DNA of 63,694 bases, the filler included, from Octopus bimaculoides (taxonomy: Eukaryota): assembly GCF_001194135.2 (NCBI RefSeq). It is 6 parts of 6 records of this genome, joined end to end, with 100 filler letters (N's around TTAATTAATTAA, not from the genome) between each part and the next. Parts side by side here need not be neighbours in the genome. Positions count along the whole stretch, not along the records: positions 23,503 to 27,227 come from NC_068996.1; positions 27,328 to 37,082 come from NC_068991.1; positions 37,183 to 55,144 come from NC_068984.1; 3 more parts are not named here. One strand, written 5' to 3'. Made by a program: the position numbers and the translations under genes. Within the stretch, counting starts at the first letter, position 1, and each line of letters starts with the position of its first letter. This document shows positions 26,801 through 38,862 of this stretch, in pieces. The notes beneath the pieces were generated by a model that was not told the DNA's origin, made no database searches, and was given only the letters and a program-made list of their open reading frames with translations.

Positions 26801-27395
26801 ACTTCCAATCAGTTAAGATCAGAAGCCATGAGAGCTAGTGTCTGGTACTGCATCAGGGCATTGATTATTATTATTAATATTGATGCGACGACCGAAAATA
26901 CAGTTGACATTATATCCCTATCTCCCGGACTGGGTTTTGAACCCGTACTCTGGTCAGTTGGGGAGAATGGTATTTCCTTTGTCTCGTCGGCAACCACAGC
27001 TATTTTTAGCGTAGCTGCCCCTTTCTGGTCAGCGAAAGTTCAAAAACGGCAGGATAGGAATGTACCGACCGACCCATCTTGGCAGGGGGTAAGGTAGCAC
27101 AATGAGCTATGGTATTTGGGATGAATAGGAGAACGAGAATTGGCGGCAAAAGCAGTTAGCAGAGAATTTGGCCAGTGGAGTTCTGGTAGCCAGCGGGGCA
27201 GTCGAGCGGTAGCAGCCAGCCGAGGCANNNNNNNNNNNNNNNNNNNNNNNNNNNNNNNNNNNNNNNNNNNNTTAATTAATTAANNNNNNNNNNNNNNNNN
27301 NNNNNNNNNNNNNNNNNNNNNNNNNNNATATGTATACATATATATCTATACATATACGTGTACATATACATCTCTCTCTCTCTCTGAAAGTATCT

Positions 27396-27698
27396 GTCAT
27401 TACAGTATCGAAATGTGATTGTTTCAGTTAGTGGAATAGTTTCATTTTTAAAGTGAAAGTATTTGACATGAGTGTTTTTGTTTCACTTTTGACACGTAAT
27501 ACTTAAATAGTGGAGGAGATATTATGTTGCCGTGGGCTCGAACTCTGCAAGAAGTTTAAACATTTTTTTGACTAAAACACAACTGGAACCCTAAGTAAGG
27601 CATGTGTAAAATTTGAATGAAATTGGTTGCGTAGTTCTCGAGTTTTAGGGATTCACACAGACAGACAGACACACATTCTCATTTTTATATATATAGAT
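27396..27698 (+). mobile_element. 3' part of the same Helitron-like family
   Basis: Near-identical to 36534-36850. A more diverged 3' end lies at 53250-53333. Confidence 0.7.
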
Positions 27699-27723
27699 TA
27701 CAACAGAACTATACATACACATA

Positions 27724-29147
27724 CAGTCATGCACACAATTTTTGGCACCCTTGGTCTGAAATAGGTTGTTATTGAATTTCTCCCTAAAATTAGTGTCTAC
27801 ATAAATAATTTTGTATCAATGCAGGCAGAGTTGTTTAAGGGACACCAAACAAAAGTTAAATTTCTAAAACAATTTTTCTTTAATGAGTAATGCAGAAAAA
27901 CAAAACAATTTGATGATTCAAAATTATTCCCCACCCTCTACCCTGGACAACATTTGATGATTAAAGTCAATAGTGTATCCTTTATGCTTAATAACTTCCA
28001 TCAGTCTATGAGGGTTATTTTCAATTATATTCAGGCACAGATCAGAAGGAATTTTAATTGCATATTCTTCCAACTGCTTCAAATTAGATGGCCATCTTAT
28101 TTTCATTCTTTATTTTGGCTACCACCATAAATTTTCTATTGGGTTTAAGCCAGGACTTTGAACCGGCCATAGTGGTAGTTTCTTTCAACCAATTTTGGAT
28201 TAAAAGTGAGGCATGTTTAGGATCATGGTCCTGCTGAAAGTATAACAGCATCCCCATCCAGTTGCTTCACCAATGACTTTCATTCAAAACATTGAGGTAA
28301 TTCTCTTTTTCATCATTTCTTTAATCTGAATTAATTTTTCAGTGTCATTGGCAAAAAAACAAAAAACAAAAAAAACTCCCAGCATTATGCTGCCTTTGCC
28401 ATGTTTGATGTTCTTTGAATTGTAGGCTACTCCACTTTTCCTCCAAATGGTAGTTCTATATTTTGAATGGATAAATTAAGTTTAGTTTCATCAGGCCTCA
28501 GAACAGAGAACAAGCTTCTTTCAGAAAGTCCCTTGTAAACTTCAAATGAGCTTTGTCTTCAACAATAGTGTCTTCCAGAGATGGCACACTTTCAAGTTAC
28601 TTCTATAGTGTTCAAGTAATCGTTGACCTTGAAGCATGGATTCCAATGTGCTGTCAAATTGCCTATTATCTTTGCAGTTGTTACCTTAGTATCATTGTTG
28701 ACCATTTTAATTAACATCCACTCATGTTTTTCTGAAAAGAGCTCCTTTCTGCTACATCCAACAAACCAGTGTTTTGATGCTTCATGATCATGTTGTGAAC
28801 AGTTGATCTAGCCATATTGAAATTCTTAGATATTGTCTTATACCCACCTCTAGCAGCATGAGCATCTCCAGTCTTCTTCTTGAAGCAGTATGAGCAAAAA
28901 CAGTCTTCTTCTTGAAGTCAGAACTGTCCTCTTACATCTTCACCACGATATCACAGATGGAATAATTTGTTGACCAAAAGAAGGTTGTAAAAAGATTGTG
29001 CAAGTAATGTCATGTAGTCTTGTTACATATTATTCTAGAAGTTTCTGTATTTTAGAACTTTGTCAAGATAACATAAGCTATATTATTCAACACATATTCT
29101 TATATTGTTGCCCAGATCAGTTTTTTTCTTTTTTTTTTGCAACATAA
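27724..29147 (-). mobile_element. Decayed Tc1-like (DD34E-type) element
   Basis: TA|CAGTCATGCACACAATTTTTGGCACCC left end. Minus-strand motifs VL.PDETKL, KHGKGSIML, FQQDHDPKHAS and WPVQSPGLNPIENLW, with many stops and frameshifts. Confidence 0.9.
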
Positions 29148-29150
29148 TAA

Positions 29151-31885
29151 CATTGGTCAACAAAATTAAATGTATTACACTCATTATAAATGAAAACCAA
29201 CTTTTTTAGACTAATTTTTCATGCTGATTTCAAACTTTCACTCTATTTGTATGCAGCATGTATTAATTTTCCAGTAGATACATGCAAATATTTACATATT
29301 TGTATACATGAAATCATTAGCGTAATAAATAAGGACATTATTTTTAGAAAGTAAATGAGTTTATTGAGTTAAAAATCATCACTATCATTCTACAAAGAAT
29401 GAATACAAAAAAAAAATGGGTCAGACAAAACAGACAAAGTTAGAACAACAGAGTTAGAAACATTGTGATTTGGATTTCCTGAAGTGTTCCTGATCTGGTT
29501 GATCACAGTAAAGTGTCCAGCAGTAGTCAGCCAGCATACTGTCATTTCAGAAGCCTTGGTACCGTTTCTCCATGGCACTAATGTCCTGGTGAAATCTTTC
29601 ACCACGTTCATCAGACACTGTTCCAAGGTTGTCTGTGAAGAAATCCAGATGGGAGTTCAAGATGTGAACTTTCAGGGACATGTGACAACCCATTGCTGAA
29701 GATTCAGAAGATTCTTGATGTCATCCTTGTAGTCCATTGCCTTCTTGTTTCCCAAGAAATTCTCACAGATCCAATTGAAAACATTCCAGGCAGGCAGTTC
29801 CTGTTCATCCAGTGTTGTCTTGAAGTTGACATCTTTAAGTACTTCTCTAATTTGGAGTCCCACAAAGATATCTTCTTTCAACTTCACCCGTGTTATTTTG
29901 GGAAACTTTTCTACAATATACTTTTAGGAGAGTGGGTTATATATCTTTAGATATATACCTAACTTTCCTACATTAAATTGGAAGAGAACTGAACGCAGAA
30001 ACTCCAAACTGATCAACAACAACAAATATTTATTGTTCGGTGGAAAAGGAAAACAGCTTCTAATTGTCCGGTTTTAGAGTAGCCTGAAATGTAGATGTAC
30101 GGTTCTTCGTGCTGGTGTCGTTATAGAGACAACTTGATTCAACCACACTCAAATGGGAGAGCTTGCTTAGACGTCTTGCTTGGTCGCTGTCTGCCTTGGT
30201 AAGAGACTGAATAATAGCGGGAACGCTTCGATGTTGAAACCCACGCATGCGTGGTTAAGGATTCAGTAATGGCGCCTGCCTTTTGGCGCCAATATGATGT
30301 CACTACATACTCAAACCCACTGGTGTTTCTCTTCCCAAGTGCCTTTACAAACTATTTCATCAGTCTCAGCTTTATGTGCAAAGGAGGCAGTAGGACATTA
30401 CATGGACCTACAAGAGGTGTATTCTTGATGCTAGACAGTCCTAGCTGGTATGATGTTCTTGTCTGCCAGTTTGATTCTAAATAATGTCTGTCAGTTGCCT
30501 GACTATCCCATATACACAAGAAACAACAGTATTTTGTGAAACCTGACTGCATTCCCATTAACATTCCAATGACTTTTAAATCTCCACTTATTTTCCATGG
30601 GTATCTTTCATTGGCAATGGTATGAAGTAAAAGTTCCATATTCTCATATGGTTCATGATGAACAGAGTGTGCAATAGGAATGAAGGGCTTCAGAGTACCA
30701 TTATGGAGAAGTACAGCTTTTAAACTTCGTTTTGAAAAGTCAATAAACAAATGCCACTCTGCAAGATAATGATTTTGTGATAAACATTACTGCAAAAGCA
30801 AAGCAGGCCTTCAACAGAAAAACACGTTTGTAGAACCACATTTCTCTGCTGAAAATAAGTTATACAAACATCGTGCTCTAGCAGATACTTCTCCTTCAGT
30901 CTTGATGCCAACAGTTCTGCTTTATCTTTTGAGAGAGATAGGTCATTCAGTTCAGCTTGGGAAAATTTCTGAGGTTCAAAGCTATCGTTATCAGCCATGT
31001 AATCTTCCTCAGCAGCACTATCATGGCAGTCAGCATCATCATCTAATGTTTCAATATCATCATCTGGTGGAACTGGAATTGGCAGACTTCTATTTTGAGG
31101 CACAGGTCTCATTGCAGAATTCAAGTTTGGGATACATAATTTTGTGTTTATTCTTCATAGAAAATCCTGTGACATTTACTTTGCAAAAATAACAGTCATT
31201 AAAATGGTCTTTTGGCTCCCTCCATACCATCAGTATGGCAAAAGGTATGGACTTCTCATCGAACCAGTCATGTAAGCCATTTGAGCAAGCTAAGCAAATA
31301 AAATGTAGAGCCCATAACTTGTCCTGATCACCAAGAGGTCAGTCAAAGTATAGCTTATAAATCTTCTTGATCTCTGATGTTATTGTACGTTTTTGAGCTT
31401 TCACAATGAATTGTCCACAGACATAACAAAACACATCGGGACAATTTCTACACTGTCTTGACATTGTGAACACTGTAAAACAAGTAAGGAAATAGATGCA
31501 AGCGGTTATACTTATATTGAATTGGAGATGATGAAATATTTCATCAGACCAATTATGACTGGACAATTTGAGATGTTGAAATACCTATTTCATCAGACAA
31601 AACTTGATTGGTTAATTTAAGATGATGAAATATTGCATCTGAACTATGCAGCAATGAATAATGTAGCTTAATTTAAAAGTATGTTTCCATGATGTAAATG
31701 AAATACATGCATACACATCATTAATTGGAATTTTTATATAATGCATTAGCTAAAACCAAAATACTTTCTCATACTGAAAACTGTATGTAATGTCAAAAGA
31801 CTAATTGTATATTTGAAATCAGTGTTAAAAACTACACTAAGTACACCTTAACATATGCTTGATGAAAAATACTTGTTGACCATTG
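29151..31885 (-). mobile_element. Full-length decayed Chapaev3-type (CMC) DNA transposon
   Basis: TIRs CATTGGTCAACAA / TTGTTGACCATTG (12/13) flanked by TAA on both sides. Transposase pieces run from ATG 31464 (CRNCPDVFCYVCG) through FIDFSKRSLKAVLLHNG, GDLKVIGMLMGMQSGFTKYCCFLCIWDS and LPPLHIKL to ADYCW, stop at about 29454. Family assignment is from recalled features. Confidence 0.85.
29923..30307 (-). mobile_element. Probable solo LTR (385 bp) inserted in the Chapaev3 transposase
   Basis: Flanked by a TACT duplication (29919-22 and 30308-11); removing it restores GFEYIVEKFPK. The minus strand starts TGTAGTGA, has AATAAA about 100 nt before the end, and ends ..CCTAAA (CA terminus not intact). 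Confidence 0.65.
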
Positions 31886-31888
31886 TAA

Positions 31889-31941
31889 TCAAATTGTTAT
31901 GTAGGTGCCAGGAATTTTGAACTTCAAAGTTTTGTTGACTG
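31889..31941. mobile_element. Possible right-end remnant of the Tc1 element
   Basis: GGTGCCAGGAATTTTGAACTTCAAAGTTTTG resembles the reverse complement of the inner repeat of the left TIR (about 27900-27935). Confidence 0.4.
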
Positions 31942-32718
31942 AGATTACCACAAACTATTGTGAAAACTGAGTCTAGACGCACTGTGTGTTCCATCCTCAG
32001 GTAACAATAAAATTTTTCACACACCCTACACCAACAAACCAAACTACTTTTCTTCTCTTCCTTCTCTTTCATGTACTATGATTATCTCTCACTCCCCAAT
32101 CCTGTCCTCATTGCCTTGCTCACTTGTCATTGCTATACAGTAGTCCCCCACCCCCTCTATATACTCAGGTTTTTCACCAGTCACTGCATTCCGCAATCCC
32201 ACTCCAAACTCAGGCTTCTTTGGCAATACCCTGCCACTTATATAATCACCTCCGTACCTTGAGGGCATGCTCTGGCACTTGCCACCATCCATTACTTTAC
32301 TCTTCCTTTACTCTACCATCCCATCTATGTTTGGATCCCTGTTCCTTGTGAATATGCCCTGGCACCTTACCATCATCTTCTCTCCTGCTCTCCCTTACAC
32401 TCTTGCTGTCTTCCACCATCTCTTTCTCTCTCTACAGCAGCACACCTGTTTCTGTCCTCATTCTTGATCACACTCTCTCTCTTCTCCTCCCCCTCACTTC
32501 ACCTCTCCCTTTCCCCTCTTCCCCCACTCTCTCTCCTGCTCCCCTTTGCTCTTTCTTTTGGCTAGAGCTTTATGTCATGCATTCACTGTGAACTACACCC
32601 AGACCTATTTACTGGTTATAACCCAGAAATATTTCCATCTATCAGTTGTTGGTTATCAGTATAGCCAAGTGGTGACCACAACATGCCAAGCAAAACAGAG
32701 TATATGTAGCAAAGTGTC

Positions 32719-33093
32719 TTATTACCTCTGCCTTAGCGAAGGCAGAGGTATTGTTTTCAGTTGTGTTTGTTTGTTAGTTTGTCCATGGACAAGGTATCTC
32801 AAGAATTGCTGGATGATTCAGATGACACTTTTAGGGATGTTTGGCCTTGTGACTGGCACAGACTGATTAGATTTTGGGATTGATCTGGTACCGGACAAGG
32901 ATTCTGAATTATTTTTCCTGTTTTTTTTTGCTTAAGTTTTGAGAGCAGTCAGGTTCATTTTAAGTATTCTCGTTTGTGAGAGCAGTCGAGTTTATTTCAG
33001 ATATTCCCATTTTAAAAATCATCTCTGGCTAATCGTTGAGAGGACATTAGTGTTGCCTTGGCAGAGGTTTGCGCTCTCTGAGTGCTCTTGTTT
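32719..33093. mobile_element. Helentron-associated (HINE-like) non-autonomous element
   Basis: 5' palindrome TACCTCTGCCTT-agcg-AAGGCAGAGGTA; 3' inverted copy GCCTTGGCAGAGGT followed by hairpin GCGCTC-tct-GAGTGC and a T-rich end. Confidence 0.6.
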
Positions 33094-33258
33094 AAAATGC
33101 GACACCTGACAAGATGCACCGGTAGATGCAGCACAACTAGCTGTGCAACATCCCACCCATAAGAAACAGATGCAGGATTGGTCAAAACGATCATTTTGTT
33201 GAATAAAGATTCTTACTAATTCCATTTTCCATTTCCTTCATTCATTATATGTATGTGA

Positions 33259-33304
<46 letters not shown>

Positions 33305-33342
33305 GTGTGTGTGTGTGTGTGTGTGTTAGACAAAGAGATGCG

Positions 33343-33528
33343 ATGAACTTCAATAGCTTACACCTGTTTCTGCTATAAGATGTGGTGGACTCTTTGTTGA
33401 GTACCAGGATAACATCTTATAGCCTTGAATATGAAGGCACTCATGAAACTATAGGATGTTATCCTGGCACTCAACAAAGAATCTGCCACATATTATAACA
33501 AAAACAGTTGTAAGCTAATGAAGTTCAT
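33343..33528. repeat. Fold-back inverted repeat, 80-bp arms and 26-nt spacer (MITE-like)
   Basis: 33343-33422 aligns ungapped to the reverse complement of 33449-33528 with about 10 mismatches. Confidence 0.9.
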
Positions 33529-33976
33529 TACATAACATTTGTTTTTTCCAGTGTTATCTCTTTGTTTCTATTTCCAGTCAATACACATATAACATTGTGT
33601 TCTGGACCATACACATACTGAGTTCTACACCAAGTTACTAGTGTTGTTATGCATAAGCAAAATGTTAAAAAATATATAGGTAAATAAATAATTAAGATTC
33701 TGTTGAATTAGGTACTTAAAATCGAGGCACCTTGCTAGTTTGGTATAATCTGCACACCCAAACAATATCAATTGAATATTGAATATCAAGACTCTGTGCA
33801 GAGGTGGTAGCATTATTGCTGTTAATTTATGGGTGACTTAAATAAAATCTAATCCTTGTTCCATTATTATTTTGTACTTGGCCCATGTTAGTTAACACAA
33901 GTTCCTGATTATGTAAGTTAATGTGGTCTAATTAAACTAGTACATAATTATCATTTTTTCTATTAATTGTTTAGCC

Positions 33977-34509
33977 CACCATTATGTTCTTTGTTGATTC
34001 CAACCATTCGTTTTATCAGTTTCTTAAACCTTGATGAGTCCATCATTATAAACTATGTAAATTCTATATATATCAATTTTTTACATTAGTTATAAAATAA
34101 ATGTTAGCTCTTATGTGTCCTTCAAATGAAATTAGATATATAAGTTTTAATTTTCACCATTACAATTCTATGTTAATTCCAATCATTCACTTTACCAGTT
34201 TCTTAAACCTTGATGAGTCCATCATCATAAACCATGTAAATCCTATGTATCAATTTTTTACATTAGCTATAAAATAAATTTTATCTCTTATGTGTCCTTT
34301 AAATGAAATTAGATATATAAGTTTTAATTTTCACCATTACAATTCTATGTTAATTTCAATCATTCATTTTACCAGTTTCTTAAATCTTGATGAGTCCATC
34401 ATTATAAACAATGTAAATCCTATGTATCAATTTTTATAGTAGTTATAAAATAAATTTTATCTCTTATGTATCCTTTAAATAATATTAGATATATAAGTCT
34501 AATTTTAAT
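33977..34509. repeat. Tandem repeat, 3 copies of 177-178 bp
   Basis: CACCATTA recurs at 33977, 34155 and 34332; CAGTTTCTTAAA(C/T)CTTGATGAGTCCATC is present in each unit. Confidence 0.95.
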
Positions 34510-34744
34510 TTTATAATAATTTTTAGTCCAATATATATTAAAAAAATTTTCACATCTTATCTATGGTTCTTTCTATTGGTGTAAATAAGTATAACTGTAC
34601 TTTACCAAAGCTTTTTAAATTAATTTTTAAATTAATACTACTTCATGGTTTTTGCATACTGAATGTATTGATTAGTTACATTACTATACATTTTTTCTTT
34701 TTATTTCTTATTTCATTATTAATTTATTAATTTATAATGTAGGC

Positions 34745-35122
34745 GTAGGAGTGGCTGTGTGGTAAGTAGCTTGCTTACCAACCACATGGTTCCAGGTTCA
34801 GTCCCACTGCGTGGCACCTTGGGCAAGTGTCTTCTACTATAGCCTCGGGTCGACCTAAGCCTTGTGAGTGGATTTGGTAGACAGAAACTGAAAGAAGCCC
34901 GTCGTATATATGTATGTGTGTATGTGTTTGTGCGTCTGTGTTTGTCCCCCCCAACGTCGCTTGACAACTGATGCTGGTGTGTTTACATCCCCGTAACTTA
35001 GCTGTTCGGCAAAAGAGACTGATAGAATAAGTACTAGGCTTCCAAAGAATAAGTCCTGGGGTTGATTTGTTCGACTAAAGGCGGTGCTCCAGCATGGCCA
35101 CAGTCAAAAGACTGAAACAAGT
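34745..35122 (+). mobile_element. SINE family B, complete young copy
   Basis: A-box-like TGGCTGTGTGG and B-box-like GGTTCAGTCCC; full 3' tail GACTGAAACAAGT. Confidence 0.92.
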
Positions 35123-35283
35123 AGCTTTTATTTATTCACATATTAATTAAGCAAATAATGGTATCTCAAAGTTTCCATACTTAGTATATGTAAAACAGTA
35201 CAGATACATTATTCTGATTAATGAAAACTATAAATAAACACATACTGTATCTGTACATATATAGCAACTTTATTTTATTTTAT

Positions 35284-36794
35284 ACTAGCAGAAATACCCG
35301 GCGTTGCCCGGGTTAAAGAGAATAATGAAATCTAAAAACGCCGTCTAGACTACGCATCATCTTTATATATAGAGATGTATATACACACACGCACCCAAAC
35401 ACACGTATATATATGTACATCAATATAAATATATGAAAGTCAATGAAGTTTCGTAAAAGAAAGTGATCATGTACATACTTTCTTGCTGTTGTGATTATAA
35501 CACCTCATTGTAAACTATGTTCCTTGTTTTCCCTTGTGGAGCATATACAAATAGNNNNNNNNNNNNNNNNNNNNNNNNNNNNNNNNNNNNNNNNNNNNNN
35601 NNNNNNNNNNNNNNNNNNNNNNNNNNNNNNNNNNNNNNNNNNNNNNNNNNNNNNNNNNNNNNNNNNNNNNNNNNNNNNNNNNNNNNNNNNNNNNNNNNNN
35701 NNNNNNNNNNNNNNNNNNNNNNNNNNNNNNNNNNNNNNNNNNNNNNNNNNNNNNNNNNNNNNNNNNNNNNNNNNNNNNNNNNNNNNNNNNNNNNNNNNNN
35801 NNNNNNNNNNNNNNNNNNNNNNNNNNNNNNNNNNNNNNNNNNNNNNNNNNNNNNNNNNNNNNNNNNNNNNNNNNNNNNNNNNNNNNNNNNNNNNNNNNNN
35901 NNNNNNNNNNNNNNNNNNNNNNNNNNNNNNNNNNNNNNNNNNNNNNNNNNNNNNNNNNNNNNNNNNNNNNNNNNNNNNNNNNNNNNNNNNNNNNNNNNNN
36001 NNNNNNNNNNNNNNNNNNNNNNNNNNNNNNNNNNNNNNNNNNNNNNNNNNNNNNNNNNNNNNNNNNNNNNNNNNNNNNNNNNNNNNNNNNNNNNNNNNNN
36101 NNNNNNNNNNNNNNNNNNNNNNNNNNNNNNNNNNNNNNNNNNNNNNNNNNNNNNNNNNNNNNNNNNNNNNNNNNNNNNNNNNNNNNNNNNNNNNNNNNNN
36201 NNNNNNNNNNNNNNNNNNNNNNNNNNNNNNNNNNNNNNNNNNNNNNNNNNNNNNNNNNNNNNNNNNNNNNNNNNNNNNNNNNNNNNNNNNNNNNNNNNNN
36301 NNNNNNNNNNNNNNNNNNNNNNNNNNNNNNNNNNNNNNNNNNNNNNNNNNNNNNNNNNNNNNNNNNNNNNNNNNNNNNNNNNNNNNNNNNNNNNNNNNNN
36401 NNNNNNNNNNNNNNNNNNNNNNNNNNNNNNNNNNNNNNNNNNNNNNNNNNNNNNNNNNNNNNNNNNNNNNNNNNNNNNNNNNNNNNNNNNNNNNNNNNNN
36501 NNNNNNNNNNNNNNNNNNNNNNNNNNNNNNNNNGTCACTACAGTATCGAAATGTGATTGTTTCAGTTAGTGGAATAGTTTCATTTTTAAAGTGAAAGTAT
36601 TTGACATGAGTGTTTTTGTTTCACTTTTGACAGGTAATACTTAAATAGTGGAGGAGATATAATGTTGCCGTGTGCTCGAACTCTGCAAGAAGTTAATACT
36701 TCTTTTTGACTAAAACACAACTGGAACCCTAAGTAAGGCATGTGTAAAATTTGAATGAAATTGGTTGCGTAGTTCTCGAGTTTTAGGGATTCAC

Positions 36795-36825
<31 letters not shown>

Positions 36826-36850
36826 CATTCTCATTTTTATATATATAGAT
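35284..36850 (+). mobile_element. Non-autonomous Helitron-like element (Lep1/HINE-like layout) with an internal N gap
   Basis: 5' ACTAGCAGAAATACCCGGCGTTGCCCGGG; 3' end has (ACAG)n then CATTCTCATTTTTATATATATAGAT. The 3' 300 bp is nearly identical to 27396-27698. Joining the two ends across the gap is an assumption. Confidence 0.55.
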
Positions 36851-38651
36851 ACTTTTGACCTAGGTGCCTTACGTTAAACTTCCCATACTACGTTATAAAC
36901 TGGTCTGCTAGTAGAGAAACCCCCCAACCTATAATAGTGTGTCACCAAAACCATAAGAATCTTTATAACCATATCCATGTATATTGTTTACCCCTTCCTC
37001 TTCCTTATAAGGAAAAGGCTGGTGCCCCCTTAAGTTTTGAATCACTAGGTCTGATAAGATGAAACAAAAAAAAAAAAAAAAANNNNNNNNNNNNNNNNNN
37101 NNNNNNNNNNNNNNNNNNNNNNNNNNTTAATTAATTAANNNNNNNNNNNNNNNNNNNNNNNNNNNNNNNNNNNNNNNNNNNNTGTATATTTGGAATCTAC
37201 ATAATAAATAATATATGCATAGAAAATTTCATTAAAAAATATTCATTTTTATGAAAGTTATGAACCTTCCAAAGTTGGTGGGTACAACTCTAGTTATGCC
37301 ATCAATGTTTAGTAAATATACCACGATGTGAATGATTGTGTTCACTTGCACGTGTATACGTTTGAGAGAGCGAGAGAGGAAGAGGGGGAGAAATAAATAG
37401 AGATTGAGAGCAATGTGTATGTTGTTGTCACAGGTCATGTATGTGTGGTTGTGTGTGTTTTTACGTATCTATGTTATGAAAAATAGGTAAAGAATACTGA
37501 GATGAAAGTTTAATCTATGACGTTGTATGTATCACTTTCTCTCTCTCTCCCTCTTCTTCTTTTACTCTTACTCTTACTTTCTATATTTTTATGTTGAGCG
37601 CGTGTGTAAGAAGGCGTTCCAGGTAGAAGGGATGAAATATAAAAGTTGCTAGAAACAACAGCCAAATCTCCCTTAAATTACACAAAGTAAACGGAATTTT
37701 AAAAATCTAATTACTGCACTGGAAAGTTCACATCGAGAAAATTCCATTGATGTAAAAATTTTTACGAAAAAGTGGAAAATGTGGATTTCTATAAACTTTT
37801 AAAAAGGCTTCACACAAACACACAATTTCAGCTTTATATATTAATATGAATGACGTGAGAATCATTTTTGTTATAAATCAATAAATAAAGAATTATTAGC
37901 AATTAGAGTTTGAAAACTATGGATAATTTTAATTAATCGTAAGCCACAGACACATTCATGCCTGTTTCCATAGTAACAAACTAAACATGAGAACTCTTTT
38001 GTCAGTGACAAAGCACATGTGTTGACAAATATATTCTATGCGATGCCACATGCATTGACTCTGTGTTCTGTTGCTTGTACCCTGGTCGTGAGATGTGCTA
38101 AAAGTAACAGCTAAATATGTCTTAAATCATGCCCCACCAGTTAAAAACATTTTTTTTTGCCTATTCATATGAATTCCTGTGTGTAGAGTTCAAATTCACA
38201 AAAATTTTCTGAAAATTCTAAATTTTAAAAAAGTTATGAGGGGTTATATGTCGTACGTTAAAGCAGAATTTAATTTCTTTCTTTACAGTTTCATATAAAA
38301 ACACATGCTATCTTCAGAATGTTGACAGCACGTGCAATTATGCACAAAATGACAGCTTCCAAATCATGCTTCCTGGCAAGGTGAAAACGATTAAACTTTA
38401 AACCTCTCTAACTTTTTAAAAACATTTTTCTGGAAAAAGTGAAATAGCTCCAGTAATTGAGCTTGGAAAAGTATATTAATGTGCCAAAATTTAAAATTCT
38501 CAATAAACACAACATATACATATGAAATCTGGAAGAAAAATAATTTGGATAAAGGAATATAAGTAACTGCAGAATATGTGGTGATGGAGAAGAAACAATA
38601 AATCATATTGTCTCTGGCTGAACAGTTCTGGCTAAGATGAAATATATTCAC

Positions 38652-38862
38652 AGACATGATAGAGTTGGGACCTATATAAACTGGAAGCTATACCAACACT
38701 ATGGAATAACAATAGAAAAGACATGGTATTGGCACACCCCAGAACAGGTTACAGAAAATGAGAAAACAACCATACTCTGGGATATGCCAATACACAGATA
38801 GAGAAATCAAGGCTTATATGCTGGATATAGTTGTTAGAGATCACCAAGAACAAAAATGCTTT
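38652..38862 (+). mobile_element. R4/Dong-type non-LTR retrotransposon C-terminal fragment
   Basis: RHDRVGTYINWKLYQHYGITIEKTWYWHTPEQVTENEKTTILWDMPIH..REIKAYMLDIVVRD matches the RHD...HW..C..Y..WY.H.P..V.EN..ILWD..I.TD..RPDIV pattern before the restriction-like endonuclease. Confidence 0.85.

Noticed and set aside
34018-34410. Hammerhead-like TTGATGAGTCC in each 177-bp unit
   Set aside because: The core is TTGATGA rather than CTGATGA, and there is no GGAC-GAAA closing segment.
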